A stretch of DNA of 64,000 bases from Mobula hypostoma. Lineage: Eukaryota. A program made the translations under genes and the position numbers. The DNA lies in contig NC_086109.1 of the NCBI RefSeq assembly GCF_963921235.1, forward strand, positions 29,886,001 to 29,950,000. The letters are read 5' to 3'. Below the pieces are notes generated by a model. That model was not told the origin of the DNA, did no database searches, and saw only the letters and a program-made list of their open reading frames with translations. Within the stretch, counting starts at the first letter, position 1. Each line of letters opens with the position of its first letter. Positions 1 to 13,712 of this stretch are shown here, one piece after another.

Positions 1-139
1 GCCCCCACTCCCTGTGGTGTCATCAACAATGCCCATGCGCTTCTTCTTCTGTTCGGTTTATTGGAACAACTTTCCCTAAATTCCAGTCTTATGCTCACAG
101 TTGTAACTATCACACACTTAAATATATTACCAATGAAAA

Positions 140-498
140 TGGGGGAAACCTCCCTCTCTCTTATTAGGGAGAGAGAGAACCTGTGGTTTGTGGATGCCGG
201 ATGAAAAACGAAAGTCTGGGATAAATGCAAGTCTGTGTCTTTGCTCATGCTTGTGTTCAGTAGCGGGTGCGCTTATTTTTCCTGGGTGGGAAGGGGGGAT
301 CGTTGCTTGCTGCCGCTTATGCGCGGGAGTGGGGAGCTGGGGGGGGGGAGGACTTTGGGGTTCTCACGTTTAACTGGCATTCATTCTTTGGGGTACTTCT
401 CTGTTTTCATGGATGTTTGCAAAGAAAAAACATTTCAGGATGTATATTGTATACATTTCTCTGACATTAAATTGGACCTTTGAACCTTTGAACCTTTT
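140..498 (+). repeat. Unclassified retroposon 3' region with (CCTTTGAA)n tail
   Basis: Ends ATTAAATTGGACCTTTGAACCTTTGAACCTTT. A similar tail in reverse starts the putative element at ~28550-29400. Confidence 0.5.
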
Positions 499-2479
499 GA
501 AGAGCCCAAGAATATAATTAAATGCTGTCCTTGTAGATATCATTACAGGCATCAGATCAGCTTTCTTATGAGTATTAAGAACAATAAATACATCATCTTG
601 TACTCCTTCCTCAATTCCACTGCTCTATTTGTGATACAGTGTGATAGTATTGGATTCACAAAGCCCTAAACTCAAAAGGGGATTTTTAGCCCTATCTGAT
701 ATAGGTATCTACAGGTGCCCTCACTATAAGGAAATTGTACTGTATCAACCCACTCATCAAATACTTACCTGTTTTGTCTCTGCAGTGAGGTCTACCTACC
801 AGTATCCATTACTTGAGTGGTGAGTCTCCCCAGGAAGGACATAGTTCCAGCTAATGAAATTGTTTAAACTGTTTATTTTATGAATTTAGATTATACACAT
901 TTAAATTTAGACAAATAGCTCTGAACACATATTTCAAATTCACCGACGATCTCTGATCTATAATACATTTTTAATTACAAAGGATTAATGAACTGGAAAT
1001 GATTTTCAAACACTGGTAAAATACAAACTAAAAGAACACTCTAATGAGTTTCAGGCGAACTTATCATCCGTCACAGGAAATGAAGGTCGGGGAATGAAAT
1101 CTAGTTCTTCTTTCTGTCTCCCCAATTTTCTGTGATTCCCCTTGTCATTCTTATCAATCCCCACTGCTTTCTAACATTTGTGCTATTTTTCTATTAGTTG
1201 ATGTTATCGGCACGTGATGTGCTTCAGATGAGAAAAAGCAATTCACATAGATGGTCTTAAAGTTTCTGGGGATGGAGATCCCAGGCATGCAAAATTAATG
1301 CAGTGATGGCTTACTCTGAGTACACAAATATCTCAACTATTGTGTGATCAACCATACCTGTAACTATCATTGATGCGCTAAATGACAATATCAGTCTGAA
1401 ATGCAAGATTCCTTGAACTAACTCACAATGGTGCAATTAAGTTAGCCATTGTAATCTGGTTTAACGCTAGCTAATTAACATAACCATTGTTTTATGATGA
1501 TTAAATATTAGGCCTACAAGACATCACCTTTTTGTTGTTTATAACAAGAATCTGTGCAAGGAATATTGGTTAGATAGTTAACTATGTCAAAAACATCCCT
1601 GACCCTTTGGAAAGATCTTGCTGTGTGCTAGAAAGCTAAGGTTGGCAATAAGCCTCTTGGGCTCTGGCAAGAGAATATCCATCACAATACAACTGAAATC
1701 TTGTTGAAACACCCTGCAGGCTAGGCAATATTGTGTAAAGAGAAACAGAATTAATCCTCCATATTGTTGATTTTCCATGAGAATTACCTTAATGTTGCCA
1801 GGCGCCTTGTCAGTCTGAGAGAAGTTACAATTTAGAATTAAATATTGGGAAAAACAAAGCTACCATCTTCAGCACCTGCCACAAAGTTCCTAACATTGGG
1901 GATGTGTTTTATGCACTTATGGATAATTTCTGAATAGGTGATTTAGGGTCATTATTGTTGACTGTATTGTTCATTCTCTGTAAGAAAAAAAACACTTTGT
2001 AAATGGTGATTAGTCCTCAATGGCGATGTCACACCTGACCAACAAATTGAAATTCCTTCACCACCTGAACTTTGACAAGGACCTTTAATTTGACTGCTGC
2101 CATTGTTAATACTGCAAACATCATCCAACCACACAATAATATTCTCTCTCCAGAGAAAGTGTACCTTGATGGTCTCAATTAATAATTCCTTTCCTAGATG
2201 ATCAAGTTATCACTATGGAAACCATAGAAATGCTACTGAATATTTTATCAATTTGCTTTTAAGATTAACTGAACAGATGTCTAAATTCTGACAGTTACCT
2301 GAACTTACAAAGAAAGGGACACTTTATTACCTTCATGAAATGCTAATGCCCATACCTCTATAATAGTGGAAATAATTATAATATAATTTATACTTTGAAG
2401 TTATTGACTGTTTCCAATCATTTTGCAAATGAATGATAAAAGTAAAAAAGGCTATACATTAGATGAATTAACATTAGAA

Positions 2480-3702
2480 GAGGGAAACATCCTGAGTTCA
2501 CAAGCATTCTTGTTTGCCTCATTACCCTGATCGAATTCTTTGAGGAGTGACAAAACAAACTGATGAAAGTAGAGCAGTGGATGAGGTGTATATGGATTTA
2601 ATGAGGTATTTGACAGGTTCCTTATGGTAGGCTCATTCAAAAAATCTGGAGGCATGGGATCCTGGGAAACATGGCTGCATGGATTCAGAACTGGCTTGTC
2701 AATTGAAGGCAAGGTACATGCTGTGTATTTTTACCTGAATTTCCATGAACAGTGCTGTTCTGCGAAAAGCTGTTCTGGGACCCTTTATCTTTAATATTTT
2801 AGTAAATGATTTGGATGAGGAAGTGGAAGGATGGGGTACTATGTTTGTAAATGACATGAAGTTTGGTGGTGCTGTGGACAGTGCAGAAGATTGTCATGAG
2901 CTACAATGGGACATTAGTAGGATGTAGGGTTGGGCTAACAAGTGACAGATAAAGTTCAGTCCAGAGAAGTGTGAAGTGATACACTTTGGAAGACCAAACT
3001 TGAAGGCAGAGTGCAGGGTTAATAACAAGATTTTTAGTGTGGATGAACAAACGGATCTTGGGGTCCATATTGATAATTGCCATGCATGTTGATGGGGTGT
3101 TTAAGAAGGTGCATGTTGTGTTGGCCAGTCGAGAGACTGAGTTCAAGAGCCAGAAGCTAATGCTGCAGGTCTATCAAACTCGGGTTAGAGTACACTTATA
3201 GTATTGTGTTCAATTCTGGTCAACTCATTGTGGGAAGGATGTGGAAGCTTTAGAGAGGGTGCAGAGGAGACTTACCAGGAATCATGTCTTATTAGGAAGG
3301 TTTGAACAAACTAGGGCTTTTCTCTATGCAGTGAAAGAGGAAGAGAGATGGCTTGATAAAGGTGTATAAAATGATGAGGAATAGAAAGAGAGGACAGCTA
3401 GTGCCCATTCCCCCAAACAGCAATAGCTAACACATGAAGGCATCATTTTTAAGTGATTGGAGGGAAGTACAGGGGAAATTCAGAGGTAAGTTTTGTTACA
3501 CTGTGAGTGGTAAGTGTATGGAACACACTGCCGGGGTGGTGGTAGATGACATCTAAGAGACATTTAGACAGTTAGGCAGATGAAAAAAAATGGAGGGCTA
3601 TGTGGGAGGGAAGGGTTAGATTGATCTTTGAGTCGGTTCAAAGGTTGGCACAACATTGAAGGCCAAAGGGCCTGTACTGTTCTATAGTGTTCTACGTTCT
3701 CT
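2480..3702 (+). mobile_element. Degraded CR1 LINE 3' part
   Basis: RT remnants (VLGPFIFNILVNDLDE; LEYCVQFW-like; ERVQRR) and CR1 3' UTR ending GGGCCTGTACTG...TTCTA. Confidence 0.85.
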
Positions 3703-4139
3703 ATTGTTGAAGTACACTAAAGAACAGATGGAACATTTCATTTCCTGAATTGTAGTTAAGGATTCTGTTCACGGTGGTAGAGAGAATCCATGGTTCAGGA
3801 AGAAGGGAGATATTTCGGTGGTGACTATGCAGAGAGCCACATTCTTGGAATAAGTGTGAGGAAGTGAGAGAAAGAATTAGAATCCTTCCAAAAGATAGGT
3901 TAATAGGTGCATAAACTATGAGCTTGCAATTGACGTTTGAGGCTAACTTATCTCCTGAGCTGAAGATAGAGAGACTAGAAAGGGAGGAGAAAGAATGAAC
4001 CATTTGAGAGTGAAAGCAGGGTGAAAATTAGCTGCAAGCATTGTGAATATTTTGAGTTCTGTGTGAGTCCAGGAGGAAGAGTTGATGGAGTGGTCCTGAG
4101 TAGGAATGAAACAAAGACTGCTCCACATATCCCATAAAA

Positions 4140-4400
4140 GGCAAGGTTTAAAACAGATCTGAGGGCTAATTTTTTTCACCCAGAGGAGATGGGTATATGG
4201 AACAAGTTGCCAAAGGAAGTGGAAGAGGTGGTTACAACTGCAAGGTTTAAAAGATATTTTCACGGGTACATGGATATAAAAGGATTAAAGGGACAAACAT
4301 GGATAAATAGGATTGACCTAGATAGGCACCTTGGTCAGCATGGGTAAATTGGACCAACAAGCTCGTTTTCACACTTTATATCTTGATGGTTCTATGATTA
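4140..4400 (+). mobile_element. CR1 3'-end fragment
   Basis: FFTQR..WNKLP-like segment followed by CR1-type 3' UTR ending TTCTATG. Confidence 0.7.
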
Positions 4401-4841
4401 TGCCTCTTAAAGGAAAAGGGTTTCTCATTTCTCATTAATTTTATTCCAGAAATCTTATAGCCAGTGGGGGATATTCTGTTAATGTCATTTGACAGACTCA
4501 ACAGCATGCAAATGAATTTTCTGAATATATTATGATCAGTTAGTCAAAATTGGGAAACATAACTGAAATCATAATTATGTGAATTGACTATATTGTCGAT
4601 CAGTTCGTGCTTCTACTCAGCATGTCATTTCTGATATGTGGGTAAATTTATGAAATACAATCCCACAGCAAATAATCTAAATTATATTTCTGATCTATTG
4701 TAATGAACGGTTTGGAAATTTTTACTGGGCGAGATTTTGAGGTACTCATTAAGACAAATCTCTGATATACAGATATAAGACATTAAACGAGTAGGTTTGA
4801 AGTCATCTTCTTAGAGCTCCAGAATTAGATATATAGATGTA

Positions 4842-5995
4842 CACTCAATGGCGACTTTATTAGATACCTGCTCGATAATGCAAATATCTAATTAGCCAAT
4901 CATATGGCAGCAACTCAATGCATCAAAGCATGTAGACATGGTCCTGAGGTCCTGTTGTTGTTCTGACTAAACATCAGAATGGGGAAGAAATGTGATCTAA
5001 GTGACTTTGACCATGGAATTGTTGGTGCCAGATGGGGTGGTTTGAGTATCTCAGAAACTGCCGATCTCTTGGTTTTCATGCACAACAGCCTCTAGAGTTT
5101 ACAAAGAATAGTGCAAAAACAAACAAAAAAACACACACACACACACACACAGCCAGTGAGTGGCAGTTCTATGGTTGAAAGCACCTTGATAATGAGAGAG
5201 GTCAGAAGAGAATAGCCAGACTGGTTCAAGCTGACAGTATCTCAAACAACCACATGTTACAAAAGTGGTGTGCAGAAGAGCATCTCTGAATGCACAACAC
5301 ACCAAAATTTAGAGTGGATGGTCTGCAGCAGAGGTCTCCAACCTCCAGGCCACGGACCGATACCAGGCCGCGAAGCACGCAGGGGTGCAGCGGTAGCCGG
5401 AGTGCACCCAGCATATCTTTAAGAAAAAAGCCGAAATAAACAAGCTAATTAATTAGGTGCTTCCCAGCAGCCAGTCTTCATTAGAGGAACTGAGGTGGAG
5501 AGAGTCAATAACTTTAAATTCTTCAGCATTGGATCGGCGTTTTTCTCTCTGAAAAGTGTCAGAGGGTCTGTCCTGGGACCAGCATGTAACTGTCATTACA
5601 AAGGAAGCATGGCAGCACCTATACGTTATTAGAAGTTTGTGTAGATTCAACATGTCACCTCGATCCTGATAGCCCTGTCTCTTCAGCCTGTCTGGGCTGG
5701 CATTTAAATTGACCAAACAATGGAACAGCTAAAGGCTCCAGCGCCCTGGAAAGAGGAGTGAACATCACGTAGAGCAAGTGAGATCGGTAACCGCCTCTGA
5801 TCTGGGCCAACATTTACGTGCCGGGCGGCACCTAATTAATTAGCTTGTTTATTTTGGCTTTTTTCTTAAAGATATGCTGGGTGTGCTCCAGCTACCACTG
5901 CACCTCTTCATGCTTCGCGGCCTGATATCAGTCCGTGGCCCAGAGGTTGGGGACCACCTGTCGACAGCAACCAAAGACTGTGAATGTACACTCAA
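4842..5995 (+). mobile_element. Non-autonomous Tc1 element interrupted by a hAT-type MITE
   Basis: TA + CACTCAATGGCGACTTTATTAG TIR; MGKKCDLSDFDHG..VGAR..GLSISETADLL transposase N-terminus; homologous to 57837-58397. Right end uncertain. Confidence 0.8.
5329..5960. mobile_element. hAT-like MITE with ~130-bp inverted arms
   Basis: CAGAGGTCTCCAACC...GGTTGGGGACCACCTG ends; arms 5329-5460 and ~5829-5960 are reverse complements; degenerate ~8-bp flanks GTCTGCAG / TCGACAGC. Confidence 0.8.
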
Positions 5996-6074
5996 TACTA
6001 AGTGTATTTACAAATTTGTTACATAATAGCAGGCAGATAGTGCCTTAATAGTCATGGTTTGTTTGTGAAATATA

Positions 6075-6360
6075 TCTGTAGCGGAAAGAGCTGCTGCCTC
6101 TACAGTCTGGGTTTTATCATGATCTCATTTGCTGTTCTGTGTGGAGTTTGTACCTTCTCCCTATGACTATGTGTGTTTCTTCCTGCCTCGAATGAATTAC
6201 CTCCATAGCAGGCAGGTGGATAGGTGACAGGAGAACTTGAAAAAGCACATGGGAGAAAATATTGTAGCTTGCAGGGCAATAAGAAGGGTGCAAGCTTGAT
6301 GAGATTGCTCTGAGCTAGCGGGGACTTAATAGGCTGAAATTCCATTTATAAAGAATATAT
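6075..6360 (+). mobile_element. Degraded V-SINE-like SINE
   Basis: TGTGTGGAGTTTGTACCTTCTCCC core and CR1-like tail. Confidence 0.65.
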
Positions 6361-7659
6361 GAAAAATAAAAAAAAGTATAGAAAGTAGAAATTCATCATC
6401 TTGCAATATTATGTGGTTATCCATACCAGCAGCAAAACACTGGTATTCAGTTTTCTCCTGTCAAAAATAAAAATATGTTCTGCAGGTGGAATGGGGTTGA
6501 GTTAGTGTAACAGCCAGGTAGATCATTAATTCCTTAAATGCAATCTTTCTTCTCATTTCTCCATATTCAGAGTTTTGCTCTCAGTATCAACTTGCTCCCT
6601 TGCACACGGTAATAAGCACTACAATTGTCTCCATGCCAAAGATACCGCAGGACAGATCTTCCTTTAGTTGTCCCGGGGGCTAGGTTGAACATATTTATTC
6701 AGTATTTCATGGAAAACCAAGCCTTTTTGTACACCGGTAAATAACAGGTCTCATTTTGGTAGGCTGCCAAATAAACTGTGGTATGTACTAGTGTATGTAG
6801 CAAAATGAATGATGCAGTATTTTCTGAAATATTACGATTTAATATTTAGTTTTTAAATCTGTCAGTGGAAAAAGGATATAGATGTGTCTGTCCTACTGTA
6901 ATGTACAACTAACTAATATTGAATGTCTTTTCTCTACTCTTTTCATAAAATATACACAAATACTTACTTTTGGACATTCAGCACACAGAACATGAATCGT
7001 GAGACCTCACAGGAGTTAGAGATCTGTTCGTTGATCTCACTCTTAGCAGGTAACTACATCCTTCTACAAGGCTCCTGGTGAGTCCAGGATTTCCATGAAT
7101 ATTCAAGTCCTATCAAATGCCAGGGAAATTGGCACATGCAAATATATTCTTGGCAGCGAATGTCTTCTGTTCATAAATGGGAACGAGTTCTATATTATGT
7201 TAAAACTACGGAGCTCTCTGAAGATGCTCAAGTGTGGTGGTAACAAATTAGGAAAAAAAACTATTGAGTTATGCAGCAACAGAAAATTAAATTTTCAAGT
7301 TATTTCATTCAGATGAGAGAAATAATAATGAATTTAGAACAGACTTCCACTAATTTCCTGATGGTCCTATCTACAACTAATGTGTCTAGAGTATGAACTC
7401 CATATGTTCACAAAGAAGATAAATGCCACAATTAACTTCACTCATGTCAGCATTTATTTTACATGGATTGGCTCCTAAAATCTACTTAAGTATTAAAATT
7501 CTTTCCAACATTCACATAGAGTTCATAGATTTCATTAAAAAGGAAAATCAAGTGTTGAAATATTTCTCAGATAGCACCATTAAACTTAGTTCAGGCTATT
7601 TCAATATCATGTTTCCTTCTTTGCATATCCTGATAACTTACTGATTATGCCCAGCCTTT

Positions 7660-8740
7660 TCCATCACACTGAGCACTGGTGCCCTCAGGGATGTGTGCTC
7701 ATTCCGCTGCTGACTCACGACCACACTGCCAGATTCAGCTCAAACCGCACATCAAGTTCACTGACGATACTACAGAGGTTGCCCTCATCTGCGTAGTCTC
7801 AACATGGACCAGACAAAAGAGGTGATTATAGGCTTCAGGGAGGTACAGTTTGACCACTCTTCATTGAACAATAATGGCTTTGTGATGGAGAGAGTGAAGA
7901 GCACAAAGTTCCTTGGTATGCACATAATGGATGATTTAAGCTGGACCCACAACACCACACACTAATCAAAATGGTTCAGCTACATCTACACTTTCTGAGG
8001 AGACTGAGGGATGCAAGGCTCACTACCCTCATCCTAAGAACTTTCTACAGGGCACAGTCAAGAGTGTTCTGTCTGGCAGCATCATTGTTTGGTATGGAAG
8101 CTGCAAGGCATCAGACCGCAAGACGCTATGGGAAACAGTAAAAACTGCTTGGAAACTCATCGGTGTCTCCCTCCCCTCCCCTTATAAGCTATTTTATGAA
8201 CTTATTTGCAGTATATATTTGTGACATTTACCAGGAATGTTACAGCTTAAAGCATTGTTGAGGATCCCTACCGACCATCCCACAATCTCTATGACCCACT
8301 ACCATCAGAAGCATCAGGTCTAGGGCTACCAGACTAGGTAACAGCTTCTTCCCTCAGGCTGTGAGACTAATGAATACTTTGCCACCACCAAGGTCTTGTC
8401 AGTAGGACAGCGAAATGTTTACCTGTGCTTTACATATTTTGAATCATATTTTATTAGCTTATTTGTAGTACAGTCTTTTCGTTTATGTGTTGTGTGTGAT
8501 ATATGTTGTGTGGGTGTAGCGTGGTCTGGAGGAATATTTACCAACACAAGAAAGTCTGCAGATGCTGGAAATCGAGAGCAACACACCCAAACCACTGGAG
8601 GATCTCAGCAGATCAGGCAGCATCTGTGGAAAAGGACACGCATTCGACATTTCTGGCAAGACCCTTCTTCAGGATAGGGATCATTGAATCATTTGGTTGT
8701 ATGTACAGTCAGATGATGATAAACATGAACTTGAACTTAA
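7660..8740 (+). mobile_element. Degraded Rex1-like LINE 3' part containing a Penelope fragment at 8543-8673
   Basis: ITLSTGA..GCVL, KFTDD, KFLG..I.DDLSW remnants; tail TGAACTTGAACTT. Confidence 0.8.
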
Positions 8741-11700
8741 GATTTTATTTGACATGATCTTTACTCTAATTGGGCACAAATTAACACACGTTGCTTTCTT
8801 GAAACAGAAGTGCAGATAAAATCAACTCCAATAAATGACTGTCCTTTTCTGACTCAATTAATATTCATTGCAATTTTAACCAAATACTTTCTTGGCAACC
8901 AAATCAGATGTATACAGATGTAGATGTCTTATGAATATATAAAGCACAGAGCCTTATAATATCATTAGGCCCACAATGCATTTTGAATCTTAAAATTGAA
9001 ACACTTAGCCAATGTCCTACTTGTGTCTGAAGACTGTTTTTGGAGGGCTGTTGATGAAAAAGAGAATTCATATGTAAATTTCATATTAATAATACAAGAA
9101 AGCTAACTTTTTGCTTCACATGATTCTGAGTCTGTCCAAATTGTTAAATTTGTATGTGAACATCATGTTTTTAAACATTGCTTTTGAATTTGACTTTGCA
9201 TCTAATTATACTCGAGGTATTATATGCTTAATTTTCATCACTGTTGCTTATAAATAAGTTTGTTTTAGTTCTGACCATAATATCAGGAAATTCTGAAGAC
9301 CAATTACATAATTTTTACACATGCACGAAATTCTGTATTGACAATATAATTTATAATAGCAGCCTAATACACTGCCCTAAGAATGCAGCATTTGAAATTT
9401 GGATAGTGACCAATTAGGTTTATTCAAAGGCACTTAAATGAAAGTGGCAGTCAATATAGCAATGGGGTAAAGCAAGAGAGAAGGAAGTATCCAAACTGGT
9501 AAAAATCTGCAAGTATTGTTTATCATTACCAATCCAGCTGTGATTTATTATAGGAACCAGAAGTTGAACCATTTCACCCAAACTTTTTCTATATTAACGA
9601 CAAATATCCAATTTTAGCAAAGTATTAAGATCTCTTCAAACTGAATTAAAAATAAAAATACTGAACTATCATTATCTCAGATTCAGGTCACTATAGAACT
9701 GGATTTCTTCTTATTTTGTGAAAAAAAAAGAGCATTTAAAATGCATTGCAGAAAACCAGTGTTTTTTCTCAAAATTCCCTAACATTTTAAATGTGAAATT
9801 AAGAAAATTCACGGATCTGCCAGATCTTGAAGAAACCAATTAGAAGAACAGTTGGCCAATCCAGGTTCTGGATTAATAAAGAAATTCCTTACATAAGTTC
9901 TTGTTAAATCTAATAACCATCTCAGTCTAAAAGGGAGGTTAAGACAGATAGGAGCACATTTTTGTCTTGAGTTCCCATTTTCTAACCCTTGGTGAGGATT
10001 CGTTTTGAATAATGGTTCTTTAGAGGGAGAATTGGGAGCTTATCCAGATAATGGTACAGTCAGTCAGTAGGTGAGAATGATGGATTTAGTGAATGAACTA
10101 TAGGTCTCAAATGAATCTGCTACAGATCAGGGTACAGTCAAACTGATGTCAATGTTCTGAACTAGATTGCTTCTTTGTGATCTCATGCCTAGCGGCAAAA
10201 AGATAAATGCACAAGAATATAAGATCAATAGAAACACAAAGTCTAATGCTGAGATGGCCATTTTCTTCACAGCTACCTGTGCTATACTGAGCAAGGATGT
10301 CCTCTCATTGCTTGGAGTTGTCAAGTTTCAGTCCATGGATGGATAAGAGAGAAAAGGTTCTCAAGTTGATATTGACAAGTTTTGAGTTACGTGATCTTTT
10401 CTTTGATGGCTACAGCAGGAGAATAAGACAAGCAAATTAGACATTACGTCTCTTTATTCATTGCCAGTTTCTCAGATTGCTGTGATCATGTTTCTCAAGT
10501 GCCATATCACTGAGGTCTGCAGTAGTAATACCCATAAGCCACAGCTCTTTTTTGGTTATGATCATTTGATAAACGTTCAGTTAACATTCTTTCCAACAAG
10601 AAGTTCATAATTAAGAAATAGCCAGCAAAGAAGAATTTGTAAGCCCCCCTTTTCCAGAGTATACCTGATTGGGGCAAGTAGCCCTATACAACCCCACGCT
10701 CGAGATCTAGTTTGTTGGACATCTAAATTGCTACCAAATATAAGGGATTTTCCTTATCAGGGCTGATGACCCCCAACCTCATGGCTCAGGGTAAGGCCAT
10801 GAAAGGTTGGCCTTGTGATATAAGAGCTGCCAAGGAGCAAGTAGGTCTCCACAAACAGGTCATGCTAAGAAGACTTGAAGAAATGTATTTATTTCTTTAA
10901 AAAGAACAGGCAGTTGTTTGAAATTCTGCAGCTTCAATGAAGTTCCCAGATATTTTACATAACACGTGGAATTACAAAGATTTTGCATTTTCACCAATTC
11001 CAGAATGATAAAGGCTGAACATCTATATCCAGATCTCAGACCAATGTGTGTACCTGGTTAGTATTATTGAACTAGAACATTGAACCAATCTCATTTGCTG
11101 AAGAAAGTCCAGGCCAAAGGCAGGTACATTTCTAATCAGAAAGCTTCCATATTACTCTCTTAAAGAGGGAAGCATGAACAAAATATATATTTTATGGGTT
11201 ATAACCTGGGTTTGACTAACATAATAGTAATAAAAAAATGAAACAACTGCCAGATGGTTCTCAGGGGGCCTATTATCAAACTGAAGTGCCTCTCCAGCTT
11301 CTTACTCTAATGCCAGGACTTCAATGCATCACTTATGGATACATCGTCAATTTTCCCCAATGCAGGAAATCTTGTGCTACTTATCAAAGCCAAAGTTTGA
11401 AGGTATTATATTGTACTAAAGCTGTCACCTGTTATTTATATTCTTAAGGAACTTTGTGTGAAAGGAAGATCAGCAAAACAGCAAATTGTCTTTGCAGTTC
11501 AATAAAACACTAATAGAATCTTCACGAGATTTTTACTCCATAATTAAGTATTAAGACGGGGTAATTCATTTACTGTGGTTTATAATGTACATACATTCCC
11601 TGCTTTTTATTTATTATTGAAGATACTTTAGGACTGAATTAACCAAAGTCCAATGAATTTTCAATAATAAATTATTAGAGAATTAGAACAGATTTTTAAA

Positions 11701-12075
11701 TCATATATTTGTAAATATTCTGCACAACACTAAGTAATGGCATTATTTCCACTTGTTGCGGATAATCTTGTAAAAATTATTTAAAAACCCAAGCCTAGAT
11801 TTCATTGAACAAAATTGCCTTGTGAAATTTTAACTTTGAGAATTAAGTATCACACGAAGAACAGAAGATTGAAACTTAACTGTCTTTTCATGGCCAAGAT
11901 TCAATATTGCTCAATTTCTGTTTCGGAGCTTGAGTACTGTATCTGAGTAGGTGTAACTATTAAAGTAACAGCTAATAATTTAATCTTATGTCATTATTTT
12001 TATTAATTGCACTTTTTTATTTTGTGTAACTTATTTTCTGTCAAAATCTGTATTAATTCTGTTTGGAAATCTATA

Positions 12076-13712
12076 TAGGTGTCCCCTGCTTTTCGAACGT
12101 TTGTTTTACGGAACCTCACAGTTACGAAAGACCTACATTAGTACCCTGTTTTCGCTTTCAGAAGGTGTTTTCACTGTTACGAAAAAAAGCAGCGCGCGAT
12201 AAAAAATTCAACGCGCGAAAAAATCAGCGCGCGATAAAAGGCAGCGCGCGCCCCGAGCAGCCGCTCTCCCTCGGATTCGGAACGGCATTGCTTAAACACG
12301 TGCCTGTGAGCAGCCATTGGCAAGATGAGTTCTATGGTGTCGGAAAAGCCCTAAAGAGCTCATAGGGGTGTTACACTTAGCGTAAAACTAGACATAATTA
12401 AGCGTTTCAATTGTGGTGAACGAAGTAAGGACAAAGTGAGTTTGGCTTGTAGAAGCTGACGAAGATGATGTTGAAGAGGTTTTGGCATCCCATGATCAAG
12501 AACTGATAGATGAAGAGCTGATGCAATTGGAAGAGGAAAGGATAACAATAGAAACCGAATGCAGTAGCGAAAGTGAAGCAACTACGTGAGATTTTCGCTG
12601 CGATGATAAAGTATGACCTTAATTTTGAAAGGGTACGTAGGTTTAGGGGATATTTGCAAGATGGTCTGAGTCCTTACAAAGAACTGTATGATAGAAAAAT
12701 GCGCGAGGCTCAGCAGTCAAGCAAGCCTTCCACATCAGCCACAGCAGTCGACGAACCTCGACCTTTGACATCGAGGCGGGCAGTCATAGGAGAAGATAAG
12801 CTGCCTGCCCTAATGAAAACAGACGACAAGATGACACCCCAGTGTCCCACCACACCAACACCCAGGCCGCAGAAAGATACTGTACCGATTCGCAGAGAAT
12901 GCAGCAGTAGCTGGGAGGCACACAGCACATCTTTAAGAAAAAAGCGGAAATAAACATGCTAATTAATTAGGTGCCGCCCCACAGGTAAATGTCGGCCCAG
13001 ATCAAAGGCGATGCAATCAGCAATCGGCATTGATCTGGGCGGACAATTACGTGCCAGGCAGCACCTCATTAATTAGCGTGTTTATTTCGGCTTTTTTCTT
13101 AAAGATGTGCTGGATGCCTCCCGGCTACCACTGGACCCCTGCATGCTTCGCAGCAATGTATCGCTCGGCGGCCTGGAGGCTGGGGGCCACTGCACCACCC
13201 AAACTCCGACGACTCAGTCTAACACACCATCATCAGTGTGCTCTGCGCTGTCTTCCCAATTCCAGTAAGTGATACTACACTGTACATACATTATTTCTAC
13301 TTTATATCGGCTGTGTATTTTTATGTGTTATTTGGTATGATTTGGCAGCTTCATAGCTTAAAGGTTACTGGAGAGAGTGTTCTTGCCAACAGTGCTTGCG
13401 TGAGATTTTCTGCCAACGGTGCTTGCGTGAGATTTTCGCTACAGAGAACAGTTCAGTAATGATTGTGGAAAAGTATTTCTAATTTATATAGGCTGTGTAT
13501 TTATCATATCATTCCTGCTTTTACTATGTGTTACTGTTATTTTAGGTTTTATGTGTTATTTGGCATGATTTGGTAGGTCATTTTTGGGTCTGCGAACGCT
13601 CACAAAATTTTCCCATATAAATAAATGGTAATTGCTTCTTTGCTTTACGACATTTCAGTTTACGAACCGTTTCATAGGAACGCTCTACCCTCGGATGGCG
13701 GGGAGAAACCTG
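12076..13712 (+). mobile_element. Internally deleted Tigger/pogo transposon
   Basis: TIRs (T)AGGTGTCCCC / GGGGAGAAACCTG with TA flanks; N-terminal CENP-B-like remnant GVTLSVKLDIIKRF joined to acidic C-terminus EADEDDVEEVLASHDQELIDEELMQLEE...YKELYDRK; no DDE core. Confidence 0.87.
12840..13192. mobile_element. Palindromic hAT-like MITE nested in the Tigger derivative
   Basis: CAGTGTCCC...GGGGGCCACTG ends; near-palindromic; shares CATCTTTAAGAAAAAAGC.GAAATAAACA.GCTAATTAATTAGGTGC with 5329-5960. Confidence 0.8.

Noticed and set aside
9800..11500. Non-repeat stretch examined for an endogenous viral element or decayed pol gene
   Set aside because: The frames I translated gave only short peptides with no recognisable motif; a tBLASTx search would be needed to support any call.
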